The notes under the pieces were generated by a model. The model was not told the origin of the DNA. It did not search any database and saw nothing but the letters and a program-made list of their open reading frames with translations. Shown here piece by piece: positions 10,720-19,442 of a stretch of 64,000 nucleotides of DNA; position 1 is the stretch's first letter, and the number at the start of each line of letters is the position of its first letter. The position numbers and the translations under genes were made by a program. The stretch comes from Shigella phage Henu11: the sequence record OM953433. The stretch is one strand, 5' to 3'.

Positions 10720-11580
10720 ATGTCTAAAGTTGTTAAAATGAAAGCTCCGGTAGAGAAGTACAATGGTCAAGAACGTGAGACTCTTCGTTACCTGCTGAAA
10801 GATGTTTGGTTCTATTACCTGAACACTATTCCACGTCCTCAAAAGGGTAAATCTGTGGATAAGCATTTTCCGGGCAAAGATTGTAACTACAGCGTTTCAA
10901 TTCTGGCAAAAGATGGTAACAAGCTCTTTAAAGAGTTCACCAAGTCTAAAAAGAGTCCTGAAGGTTGGGATAAAGTTACTACAGAGGCTGTTGATGCAGA
11001 TGACTTCGAAGAGAAGTTTGGTTGTGAGCCTCCGTTTGAAGCTGACACCTATCACATCCTGAAGGTTAGCCGTTCAGCAGCATATAAAGACGGTGCTGTG
11101 TGGTCAGCAAAACAGAGTTTCCCTGTAATGCTGGTTGAAGAAATCAACGGTAAGCGTGTTGCAGTTAAGCAGCCTATGAAGAAAATCAAGGCAGCAAAAT
11201 CTGATAAGCACGATGATGATAAGACTTACGATGTAATTCATCCAGATATTGCAGTTGGTAACGGTTCATTTGGTAGTGTGATTCTGGCGACTCACTTCTA
11301 CACATTTGAAGGTAACGTTCTGACCAAGCCAATTCAGGAACAATTTATCATTGATACTCTGGTTCCTTACACTGGTGGTACTGGTGGTGCTACTGAGACT
11401 GAACTGGATGAAGATGAACTGGCAATGCTTGGTCTTGCAGGTGTTGAAGACAACGGTGAAATCACTGAAGAAGATGCAAAAGATTCTGGTGATGAAGGTA
11501 AAGGTGGTGATGACGATGACGACGACCTGCCAAACCCAGATGATGACGACGAAGATGATTTCGAAACTGACGACGAGTAA
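10720..11580 (+). CDS. putative ssDNA-binding protein with acidic C-terminal tail
   Basis: 286 aa; C-terminus DDDDDDLPNPDDDDEDDFETDDE; sits between helicase and exonuclease as in T7-type replication modules. Confidence 0.45.
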   Translation: MSKVVKMKAPVEKYNGQERETLRYLLKDVWFYYLNTIPRPQKGKSVDKHFPGKDCNYSVSILAKDGNKLFKEFTKSKKSPEGWDKVTTEAVDADDFEEKFGCEPPFEADTYHILKVSRSAAYKDGAVWSAKQSFPVMLVEEINGKRVAVKQPMKKIKAAKSDKHDDDKTYDVIHPDIAVGNGSFGSVILATHFYTFEGNVLTKPIQEQFIIDTLVPYTGGTGGATETELDEDELAMLGLAGVEDNGEITEEDAKDSGDEGKGGDDDDDDLPNPDDDDEDDFETDDE

Positions 11581-11598
11581 TAGTCAGTAACTACTACA

Positions 11599-11627
11599 AA
11601 GCCCTGTACAGACGTATGGGGCTTTTT
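11599..11627 (+). terminator. rho-independent terminator
   Basis: AGCCC...GGGGCT hairpin followed by TTTTT. Confidence 0.5.
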
Positions 11628-11642
11628 CGTATGGAGAGTACA

Positions 11643-12689
11643 ATGGAACAATACACCTTAACAAAGCTCCCAGAGAGCGTTACACACGTCTTTATTGACT
11701 CTGATAGCATTGCTTACAAAGGTGCTTGTGTAGTTGAAAAAGCAAAGTACAAGTATGTGAATAAAATCACTGCTGAAGAATCCGATGCTTTTGATAGTGC
11801 AAAACTGGCAGCACAATGGTTGTCTGACCAAAGAGTTTTAACTGAAGAGTTAGGACTTGACTTTGATGAAGATGAATGGGAAAGACAGACTTGGAAAGAA
11901 GCTAAAAGTGAAGCTGAAGCAATTATGGCTACACAGCAAGTTCTTCAGGAGTGGTTGAAAGTCGTTGGTAAAGAACGCAAATGGATGGGTTACCTTACTG
12001 AGAAAGGTGTTCACAAACACAAGGATATCAAAGGTCTTGAACACCAATACCAAGGTAACAGAAAAGAAGCTGTAACACCTACACACCTAGTTGCTTGTCG
12101 TGAGTATCTTCTGTCACGACCAGAGTTTAAGCTGATTCTTGATGGGTTTGAAGCTGACTCTATCGTTATTGCAAAAGCTGAAAAGATGGGTAAAAAAGCT
12201 GCCCTCATGAGTATTGACAAAGACCTTCGACAAGCTGAAGGTACTTACTGCATTGATATGACTTATGAGAAAGCCCCATTGATTTTTATCGCTGATAATA
12301 ACGTTGGTGAAATTTGGGATTGCCCAATAAAATCTACACCAAAAGCTAAGAAGACAGTTGGAGTAGGATTTAAATTCCTCTGCTACCAAGCCGTAGCTGG
12401 TGATAACGCAGATAACTACTTCGGTTTAAAGGGTGCTGGTAAAGTTGCAGTAATGAAAGCTCTTGAAGGTAAAACTACTTACAAAGAATGTCTTGATGCA
12501 ATTTATGAACTGTATGCTAAGAAAGACTCTTACACTTATGTTTCATGGGATGGTCAGACAATTACCAGAACACCTTTAGAGTTAATGCAGCAACACTTTT
12601 TCTTAGCTTATCAGGAAAGAAATAAGAAAGATGATTTCACTTTTGATAAGTATGGGTGGACACCAAATGTTAACTCGGCAGATTCTTAA
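11643..12689 (+). CDS. 5'-3' exonuclease / flap endonuclease (T7 gp6-like)
   Basis: resembles T7 gp6 (SIDKDLRQAEGTYCIDMT, AVAGDNADNYFGLKGAGK); start moved to ATG with GGAG RBS outside terminator. Confidence 0.8.
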   Translation: MEQYTLTKLPESVTHVFIDSDSIAYKGACVVEKAKYKYVNKITAEESDAFDSAKLAAQWLSDQRVLTEELGLDFDEDEWERQTWKEAKSEAEAIMATQQVLQEWLKVVGKERKWMGYLTEKGVHKHKDIKGLEHQYQGNRKEAVTPTHLVACREYLLSRPEFKLILDGFEADSIVIAKAEKMGKKAALMSIDKDLRQAEGTYCIDMTYEKAPLIFIADNNVGEIWDCPIKSTPKAKKTVGVGFKFLCYQAVAGDNADNYFGLKGAGKVAVMKALEGKTTYKECLDAIYELYAKKDSYTYVSWDGQTITRTPLELMQQHFFLAYQERNKKDDFTFDKYGWTPNVNSADS

Positions 12690-13167
12690 AGAATATCTAC
12701 ACTATGACCCCGAAACAGGGGTCTTTACTTGGTTAGTAGACAGAACTGGTAAGGCTAAAGCTGGCTCTGTAGCTGGAGTTAAACACCATAGTGGCTATGT
12801 TTATATAAAACTCTTTGGTAAAAGATATGCAGCACACAGGTTAGCATTTTTATACATAAAAGGATACCTACCTAAATTAGTTGACCATAAGAACGGTGTT
12901 AGACATGAAAACTGGTTCAACAATTTAAGAGATTGCAGCAGGTCAGATAACAACTGTAACGCCACCAAGAGGAAAGATAATAAGTCTGGTGTGAAGGGTG
13001 TCTATTACCACAAGCAAAGGTGTAGATGGGCTGCACAGGTTAAACATAATAAAGTTTGCTATCATCTAGGGCTGTTTGATTCTGTAGCTGAGGCTGAAGA
13101 TGTTGTTAGAAAGAAAAGAGAAGAACTCCACAGAGAGTTTGCAAATCACGGAGAAACTTATGAATGA
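12631..13167 (+). CDS. HNH homing endonuclease with AP2-like domain
   Basis: VDHKNGVRHENWFNNLR HNH core; N-terminus YDPETGVFTW paralogous to ORF 2572-3087; true start may be internal. Confidence 0.7.
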   Translation: MISLLISMGGHQMLTRQILKEYLHYDPETGVFTWLVDRTGKAKAGSVAGVKHHSGYVYIKLFGKRYAAHRLAFLYIKGYLPKLVDHKNGVRHENWFNNLRDCSRSDNNCNATKRKDNKSGVKGVYYHKQRCRWAAQVKHNKVCYHLGLFDSVAEAEDVVRKKREELHREFANHGETYE

Positions 13168-13664
13168 AGATTAAAGGTTTTGGCAATTGCCCTACTTATG
13201 GTCACTGGATTTCACTATGCGGTGAAGTTGACCCATCAAAGTATTTTGGTTTTGTATACCTAGTCTACTGTAAAAAGACTGGTCAATATTATTTGGGTAA
13301 AAAGCAGTTTAACAGTATCACTAAGAAGAAGGTTGCTGGAAAGACCAGACGTAAAGTAGTGACAAAAGAAAGTGATTGGATGGTCTACCAAACTTCTTCT
13401 GAGTACATCAAGAAAGATATTGAAGCATTTGGTGAAAAAGAATTTGACTTCTACATTATCCAGACTTACTATACGCGAGGTGGCTTAGTTTACGGCGAAG
13501 CTAACCTACAACATAAGTTTGACGTCATGACAAAAAGGATTGACTCTAAGCTTCGACTCTTCTACAATGCAAACATTGCAGCAATCAAGTTTCTTACAAA
13601 AGAGACTTATGATGAAGCTGAGAAGAGAATCACTAAAATCATGAAACTTAATGAGAGAGTTTAA
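13164..13664 (+). CDS. putative GIY-YIG-type homing endonuclease
   Basis: N-terminal FGFVYLVYCKKTGQYYLGKK resembles GIY...YIG motif; tandem with HNH gene. Confidence 0.45.
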   Translation: MKIKGFGNCPTYGHWISLCGEVDPSKYFGFVYLVYCKKTGQYYLGKKQFNSITKKKVAGKTRRKVVTKESDWMVYQTSSEYIKKDIEAFGEKEFDFYIIQTYYTRGGLVYGEANLQHKFDVMTKRIDSKLRLFYNANIAAIKFLTKETYDEAEKRITKIMKLNERV

Positions 13665-13881
13665 AATGTTTAATAAAATCAAAAATGACCATGTTTCTAA
13701 AATCCAGAGCGGCGTAGCAGCACTGAAGGAGACTATCAATAAAGCTAAGTCAGCTACAGAAGCTGAGATGGATGCTCTGGAATCACAAATTCAACATCTG
13801 TTAAGCAAACGTGTTGAACTCAAAGAACGAATGGACTATATTGAGTCTCAACAAAAGTTGTTTGAAGATAAGGAGGCTTAA
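13651..13881 (+). CDS. hypothetical coiled-coil protein
   Basis: 76 aa. Confidence 0.4.
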   Translation: MREFKMFNKIKNDHVSKIQSGVAALKETINKAKSATEAEMDALESQIQHLLSKRVELKERMDYIESQQKLFEDKEA

Positions 13882-14636
13882 TGTTTAATTCCAGAGAATC
13901 CGTAAGAGATTGGAATCTACGTTGTGGCAATAATCCAAAAGAGCCATACAGCACAGAGTATTGGGAATCACTGAAAAGTCAATCCCTGTGTATGCTTGAA
14001 GAAGCTAGAGAGTTAGTCGCAGCAGTAGAAGCCAAAGACCCTGTTGAGACCCTTGATGCTCAAGCTGATTTGCAGTATGTACTTGACGGTTTAATTTTCC
14101 TGACACAGCATGACCATGATGGTGCTATTAAGGCTGTTTGTGAAAACAACAACCTCAAATACACAGACGACTATCAAGAAGCTGTACAGCGAATGTTTGA
14201 TATTGAAAAACGTACTGGTGATGAATGTTACCTGCGTCAATCAATTATTGAAGGTAAAGAGTGGTTTGCAATTATTCGCAAGTCTGATGGTAAGATTATG
14301 AAACAGTCTAATCTTCCAAAAGTTCAACTTGAAAGTTTTATTGCAGAAGTTGACGCAAAAGAATTATTTGTGGTAACATCTGACACATGCGTTATCTGCC
14401 AAGGACTGATTGGAAGTCTTGGTAGTCTTGGCATTAAAAACTTTTCTAAAGTTGAACCAATCTCTTCAAAAGCAGATAAAGATTTCTGCCGTGAGAATGG
14501 ATTATGGCTTGCGGATATTGTGTACTATGATGGTGAGAAGTTCCATGTAACCTCATATCCGAAATTGAATTATGATGCAATCAACCTCAAGCAGTGGTTG
14601 AAAGGAGTCGGTTATAATGGATTCACAGAACATTAA
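13881..14636 (+). CDS. hypothetical protein, possible MazG-like nucleotide pyrophosphohydrolase domain
   Basis: 251 aa; N-terminal EEARELVAAVEAKDPVETLDAQADLQYVL resembles MazG-type EExxE...D motif (weak). Confidence 0.4.
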   Translation: MFNSRESVRDWNLRCGNNPKEPYSTEYWESLKSQSLCMLEEARELVAAVEAKDPVETLDAQADLQYVLDGLIFLTQHDHDGAIKAVCENNNLKYTDDYQEAVQRMFDIEKRTGDECYLRQSIIEGKEWFAIIRKSDGKIMKQSNLPKVQLESFIAEVDAKELFVVTSDTCVICQGLIGSLGSLGIKNFSKVEPISSKADKDFCRENGLWLADIVYYDGEKFHVTSYPKLNYDAINLKQWLKGVGYNGFTEH

Positions 14637-14943
14637 TAAAGGTGAAGAAGTGGTGGCAAAAAGCCACTTCTCCAACTACAACCTCTCTATGACAGTGTTT
14701 ATGAATGATTCACTGTTAGACAAGTACGGAGAGAAGCCAGAAACGATTCTGGATAATGAACAAGTATTAGCAGCAGTGTTGTATAAGTATGGCTTAAATA
14801 TTGATAAACCGTACTCTTACGAGATTTGCCAGCACAGAAATACTTTTGGTAAAGTTGTTGTAGCCCCCCTGTTCATGGGTGTAGAGCGCACAGATGACCA
14901 GTGGATTTACTTGAAACGAAACTTGGATAGATACCATGTCTAA
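14617..14943 (+). CDS. hypothetical protein
   Basis: 108 aa. Confidence 0.4.
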   Translation: MDSQNINKGEEVVAKSHFSNYNLSMTVFMNDSLLDKYGEKPETILDNEQVLAAVLYKYGLNIDKPYSYEICQHRNTFGKVVVAPLFMGVERTDDQWIYLKRNLDRYHV

Positions 14944-15271
14944 AGCTAAAAAGTTAACTAAAGAAGAAATTAAATCTGGCGAAGAATTAGGCACTGATAA
15001 GTTTGGTGAGACACTCCGTCATGGTGACTTTGTAATGTACACTGAAGATTGCAAAGGTCGCAGTGATATCAAATTTGGTCGTGTTGTCTGCAAAGTACGT
15101 GGCAACTTCTCAATTGCACGACTTGAAGATGATGTTAGTGAAAAACTTGACATGGCATTCGATGAAGGTAAACGTTACTGGTACATGAATGCAATGTCTA
15201 AAGGTTCACTGACAAAAGTATCACAGAAGTTCGTTGAACTCTGGGTAAGTAAAAAGATTTTTAGCATTTAA
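14936..15271 (+). CDS. hypothetical protein
   Basis: 111 aa; followed by strong terminator. Confidence 0.45.
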   Translation: MSKAKKLTKEEIKSGEELGTDKFGETLRHGDFVMYTEDCKGRSDIKFGRVVCKVRGNFSIARLEDDVSEKLDMAFDEGKRYWYMNAMSKGSLTKVSQKFVELWVSKKIFSI

Positions 15272-15278
15272 TCTCTAA

Positions 15279-15302
15279 GGGGTCTCTTCGGAGACCCTTT
15301 TT
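15279..15302 (+). terminator. rho-independent terminator
   Basis: GGGGTCTC-TTCG-GAGACCC hairpin plus T-tract. Confidence 0.7.
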
Positions 15303-15322
15303 CACCTGTAGGATTTAATATA

Positions 15323-17557
15323 ATGATTACTACTATTCGCAAATCAGACGGTACAATCGTACCATTCGAACCAGAACGTTTAAATAAATGGGCTTCATGG
15401 GCTGACAAGAGAGGAATTATCTGGTCAGAGGTTGTAATGGAAGCTATGAAGCGTGTCTATGAAGGTTGCACAACAAAAGAAATGCACCAAGCTATGATTG
15501 ACGTTTGTATTGATAAACAAACTCAAGAGTACTCTGATATGGCTGGGAGACTACTTCTTGGCATTATCTACAAAGAAGCTTTTGGTGGATTTACAAAGGT
15601 TCCTCAGCTACTTCCATTCGTGATGAAGATGGAACAGATGGGACTTTGGGAGCACATGGATTATACACCTGAAGAAATTGACTATTTACAAGGTCACATC
15701 GTTCACTCAAAAGATATCTCATACGGTTATGCAGTACTGAAACAGTTCCGTGATAAATACGGCATTCGTGATATTAAAAGTGGTAAACTGTTTGAGTCTC
15801 CACAGTTTATGTTCATGGGTATGGCTATGAAAGCCTTTGAAAGACAGCCTAAACAGCGTCGTTTAGATGATGTTATTAAGCTCTACACATATCTATCTGA
15901 CCTGAAGATTAATGCTCCTACACCGTACCTGAACGGTCTGAGAGCTACAAAATCTGGCTATGCTTCTTGCTGCCTAATTAAAGCAAATGATACTGCTGAA
16001 TCTCTTGGCATTGCTACAAAAGTAGCTTATGACATGACCACTAAGCAAGCAGGTATTGGTATGCTGATGGAGACCAGAACAATTGGTGATGGAATCCGAC
16101 AAAACACTATTGAGCATATGGGAAAACTCCCTTATTATAAGCTTGTACGTGCTGCTGTAGAGGCTAATAAGCAGAAGAGTCGTGGTGGTTCAGCTAATAA
16201 CTTCTTCACTGCATTAGACCCACAGATTGAGGATTTGCTACGCTTGAAGCACCCTACAACGGTTCCTGCAAAGCGTATTAATGAAATGGATTACTCATTT
16301 GGTGCAAATGATTACTTCTGGCAATGTGTACAGTACGATACAGATTGGTTGCTATTCTCTTACAAAGATGCACCAAGACTGTATGACATGTTCTACACAG
16401 CAAGTGCTGATGAATTTGCTATGGCAGTAGGTCACGCAGTTCATACAGGTGTTAAACATAAACGTGTAAAGGCTCGTGAAGTTGCCAAGTTGTTTATTCA
16501 ACAACGTTATGCTACAGGACGTGTTTACCCGTTCTTTACTAACAACGCAAACTATCATACACCTTTCAAAGAGCCTTTGAAAATGTCAAACCTGTGTATG
16601 GAGATTGTCTTACCAGTTCACGGTTTTGAGGATGAAAGAGACCTGTATAGCTACACAGCCAAGAAAGAAGACGGTGAAGTTGCTCTTTGCTTCCTAGCTA
16701 GTTTGGTTGCAGGGAGAATCTCAGAAGATGAATACGCTGACGTTGCTTATTATGCTCTGGCAATGGTTGACTCCGTTATTGACCTTATGGATTATCCGTA
16801 TCCGTCGATGCGTAACCATGTTCAGAAGCGTCGTTCTGTTGGTATTGGCCTTACTAATGTGGCTCACTACCTTGCGAAGAACTATGTGAACTACTCATCA
16901 AGGGCTGGTAAAACTAAACTTCATGAGTTGGCTGAGATGCACTCTTACTTCTTGCATGAAGCATCTTTAAGACTCGCAAAAGAGCGTGGTGTACCAGAGT
17001 ACATGCAGTTTACTAAGTACCCTGATGGTTGGGTTCCACCTAAGACTGCTAACAAGAAAATTGATGAAAAGCACGATGCAAAACTTCGTTATGATTGGGA
17101 CGACCTGTCACAGCGAATCAAAGAAAATGGAGGAATCCGTAACTCTGTGTTAGAGGCTTACATGCCTAATGAGAGTTCTTCTCTGGCAACTAACACAACA
17201 AACGGTCTGTACCCTATTCGTGACTTCATCTTAACTAAGAAGTCTGCAACTGGTAACGTTCTGTTTATTGTACCTGATTATGAAGAGTTGAAGTATGTAT
17301 ATGAAATTGCTTGGGGTATTGACACATTTGATATGATTGATTGCTATGCAATTGTTCAAAAATTCACTGGTCAAGCTATCTCTTCAGATTTCTATGTTGA
17401 CTACTCGAAGTCTAAGAAGGTATCATTAGAGCAAGCTTTGAAGTACATGATTTATGCAAACCTTGTTGGTTTGAAAACTATGTACTACCTTAACAGTCGT
17501 ATCGGTGTTGGTAAATCAGCACTACAAGATGCCTACTGTGAGGGTTGTGGCGTTTAG
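15323..17557 (+). CDS. nrdA: ribonucleotide reductase class Ia alpha subunit
   Basis: 744 aa; N-terminal ATP-cone-like region, C-terminal CEGCGV tail; followed by nrdB. Confidence 0.9.
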   Translation: MITTIRKSDGTIVPFEPERLNKWASWADKRGIIWSEVVMEAMKRVYEGCTTKEMHQAMIDVCIDKQTQEYSDMAGRLLLGIIYKEAFGGFTKVPQLLPFVMKMEQMGLWEHMDYTPEEIDYLQGHIVHSKDISYGYAVLKQFRDKYGIRDIKSGKLFESPQFMFMGMAMKAFERQPKQRRLDDVIKLYTYLSDLKINAPTPYLNGLRATKSGYASCCLIKANDTAESLGIATKVAYDMTTKQAGIGMLMETRTIGDGIRQNTIEHMGKLPYYKLVRAAVEANKQKSRGGSANNFFTALDPQIEDLLRLKHPTTVPAKRINEMDYSFGANDYFWQCVQYDTDWLLFSYKDAPRLYDMFYTASADEFAMAVGHAVHTGVKHKRVKAREVAKLFIQQRYATGRVYPFFTNNANYHTPFKEPLKMSNLCMEIVLPVHGFEDERDLYSYTAKKEDGEVALCFLASLVAGRISEDEYADVAYYALAMVDSVIDLMDYPYPSMRNHVQKRRSVGIGLTNVAHYLAKNYVNYSSRAGKTKLHELAEMHSYFLHEASLRLAKERGVPEYMQFTKYPDGWVPPKTANKKIDEKHDAKLRYDWDDLSQRIKENGGIRNSVLEAYMPNESSSLATNTTNGLYPIRDFILTKKSATGNVLFIVPDYEELKYVYEIAWGIDTFDMIDCYAIVQKFTGQAISSDFYVDYSKSKKVSLEQALKYMIYANLVGLKTMYYLNSRIGVGKSALQDAYCEGCGV

Positions 17558-17570
17558 TTTGAATAACTAT

Positions 17571-17590
17571 GAGGGTCGTAAAAGACCCTC
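17571..17590 (+). terminator. hairpin, weak terminator or processing site
   Basis: GAGGGTC-GTAAAA-GACCCTC perfect hairpin, no clear T-tract. Confidence 0.3.
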
Positions 17591-17612
17591 TAAAATTAAC
17601 TTGGAGAAAGGT

Positions 17613-17888
17613 ATGCTAGATTTAATTCGCAATGCGAGAATACGTAGCAAAGATAACTCACTATATTTATTTTATATTCCAAGACGGTCTTTGTATTATA
17701 TTGCAGACTTAGACTTAAAAGTTAAGATGCCAGATGGTTCTTGGAAAGAACATATACGATATGTTGATTGTTTTAATCCAAAGCAAACATATGCAAGACC
17801 ACTTGATATGTTCAACAAGGACAAATGGGTTGTTATGACAACAACTGAAGCCAGAAACTTTCTAGATACAGGAATCTTACCAGAATGA
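17613..17888 (+). CDS. hypothetical protein
   Basis: 92 aa after trimming ORF 17505 to ATG with GGAGAAAGG RBS. Confidence 0.4.
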   Translation: MLDLIRNARIRSKDNSLYLFYIPRRSLYYIADLDLKVKMPDGSWKEHIRYVDCFNPKQTYARPLDMFNKDKWVVMTTTEARNFLDTGILPE

Positions 17889-18958
17889 TTAATCCACATC
17901 CAATTTTCTTAGGCGGTGAACGAAAAACTTTCGACTCACTGAATAAACACTATCCAAAAATCTTTGAACTGTATAAGCAGCAGAAAGCACAAGACTGGTC
18001 TGAAGATGAGTTCCCATTTGAACAGTCACGTTTAGACTTTGAGAGTGTCCCTCAATCAATGTCTGGTGTAATGCTTGAGATTCTGAAATGGCAATGGGAA
18101 GCAGATACACAGGTTGCTAAGAGTTTAGCTTTTGCATTTGCACCATTCATCTCTGATGATATCTATGCAACTGCTATCATGAAGCAATCAGAAATTGAGA
18201 ACCTTCATGCACTAACTTATTCAGAGATTGTTCGTCAGTGTATCAAGAACCCTGAAACAATCCTTGATGAGATTAACCAGAACGCTGCTGTTCAGGACAG
18301 ATTGAAGACTGTGAACAGAGCACTGGCAGAACTTCTTGACGAAGGTATTAACTATCGTTTAAGATATGTTCGTCAAGAGCTAATGGAGAAAGACCCTTTA
18401 CACTTCCACAAAGTAATCTTAAAAGGTCTCTTTGCAGTAACAGCACTTGAGGGTATTTCCTTCATGGCATCCTTTGCATGTACCTTTGCACTTGATGCAC
18501 AAGATAAGTTCCAAGGGATTGCACAAGCAGTACAGAAAATTATGCTTGACGAAATCATTCACACAAAGATTGATATCGAAGCATTAAAAGAAACTTTGAA
18601 AGATGAAGAGTGGCAAGAAGCTTTCCGTCAAGTACTCCCAGAAATTAAAGTAATTCTGGATGAGGTAGTTGAAAGTGAAGAGAAATGGTCTTATTATATT
18701 TTCTCTGAAGGACGTGCTGTTGTAGGTTTAAATACAAAACTTCTTCACGAATGGGTTTACTACAACGCTGCTCCATTGTATGATATGTTTGGTATTCCAA
18801 GAGACTTCGTAGCTCCTAAAGAACCACCTTTGAAATATATGATTAAGAAGATGGAAATTGATAAAGAGCAAAACGCTAACCAAGAACAACAAAATGGTGC
18901 GTATCTTTTGAATACTGTTGTTGATGATTTAAATTCAGGATTTTTAGAGGTTCCTTAA
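17885..18958 (+). CDS. nrdB: ribonucleotide reductase class Ia beta subunit
   Basis: 357 aa; ferritin-like di-iron family features; position after nrdA. Confidence 0.85.
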   Translation: MINPHPIFLGGERKTFDSLNKHYPKIFELYKQQKAQDWSEDEFPFEQSRLDFESVPQSMSGVMLEILKWQWEADTQVAKSLAFAFAPFISDDIYATAIMKQSEIENLHALTYSEIVRQCIKNPETILDEINQNAAVQDRLKTVNRALAELLDEGINYRLRYVRQELMEKDPLHFHKVILKGLFAVTALEGISFMASFACTFALDAQDKFQGIAQAVQKIMLDEIIHTKIDIEALKETLKDEEWQEAFRQVLPEIKVILDEVVESEEKWSYYIFSEGRAVVGLNTKLLHEWVYYNAAPLYDMFGIPRDFVAPKEPPLKYMIKKMEIDKEQNANQEQQNGAYLLNTVVDDLNSGFLEVP

Positions 18959-19200
18959 TGACTTATGTAATTTACTCAAAAGATGGATGCCCACAGTGTG
19001 TGACTGCTAAGAACTTTGCTCAGGCTCGTGGCTTAGACCATGTTGTTAGAATGCTTGGGAAAGATTATGAGCTAAGTGACCTGATGGATATTGCAAAGAT
19101 ACCTGTTCGTCAGATGCCTTTCATTATGAAGGTTGAAGATAATGAAATGAAACCTGTTGGAACACTACAAAACTTTATGGCAGAGGTGAATAATGCTTAA
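18958..19200 (+). CDS. glutaredoxin-like protein
   Basis: 80 aa; CPQC active-site motif near N-terminus; adjacent to nrd genes. Confidence 0.6.
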   Translation: MTYVIYSKDGCPQCVTAKNFAQARGLDHVVRMLGKDYELSDLMDIAKIPVRQMPFIMKVEDNEMKPVGTLQNFMAEVNNA

Positions 19201-19393
19201 ACGTTTATGGGATGGTTTTGTTGAAGATGCTCCGATGATTGCTCTGGCATTCATGGTTACTAGCCTATTTACTGATTTAAAACAAGGTGCTCTGTTTGGA
19301 GCTATGTTAGTATGGGTTATCTTTGAGATATTAGATATCAAACATGATTTGAGCGGAAAGCTTAAAAAGCTTATTGAAAAGTTTTCTAAGTAG
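19193..19393 (+). CDS. small membrane protein
   Basis: 66 aa; hydrophobic stretches. Confidence 0.35.
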   Translation: MLKRLWDGFVEDAPMIALAFMVTSLFTDLKQGALFGAMLVWVIFEILDIKHDLSGKLKKLIEKFSK

Positions 19394-19404
19394 AATTAAT
19401 ATAA

Positions 19405-19427
19405 GGGTCTCTTCGGAGACCTTTTTT
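19405..19427 (+). terminator. rho-independent terminator
   Basis: GGGTCTC-TTCG-GAGACC hairpin plus TTTTTT. Confidence 0.7.
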
Positions 19428-19442
19428 GCATTAGGAGTCAGA

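Noticed and set aside
11351-11651. ORFs 11351-11590 (+) and 11367-11651 (-, Ser-rich)
   Set aside because: Alternative-frame and antisense mirrors of the acidic Asp/Glu tail codons of the putative ssDNA-binding protein.
11850-12389. Minus-strand ORFs inside the exonuclease gene
   Set aside because: Antisense to a well-supported T7 gp6-like gene; no RBS.
17505-17612. N-terminal 36 codons of ORF 17505-17888
   Set aside because: Overlaps the 3' end of nrdA and a hairpin; internal ATG at 17613 with GGAGAAAGG RBS is a more plausible start.
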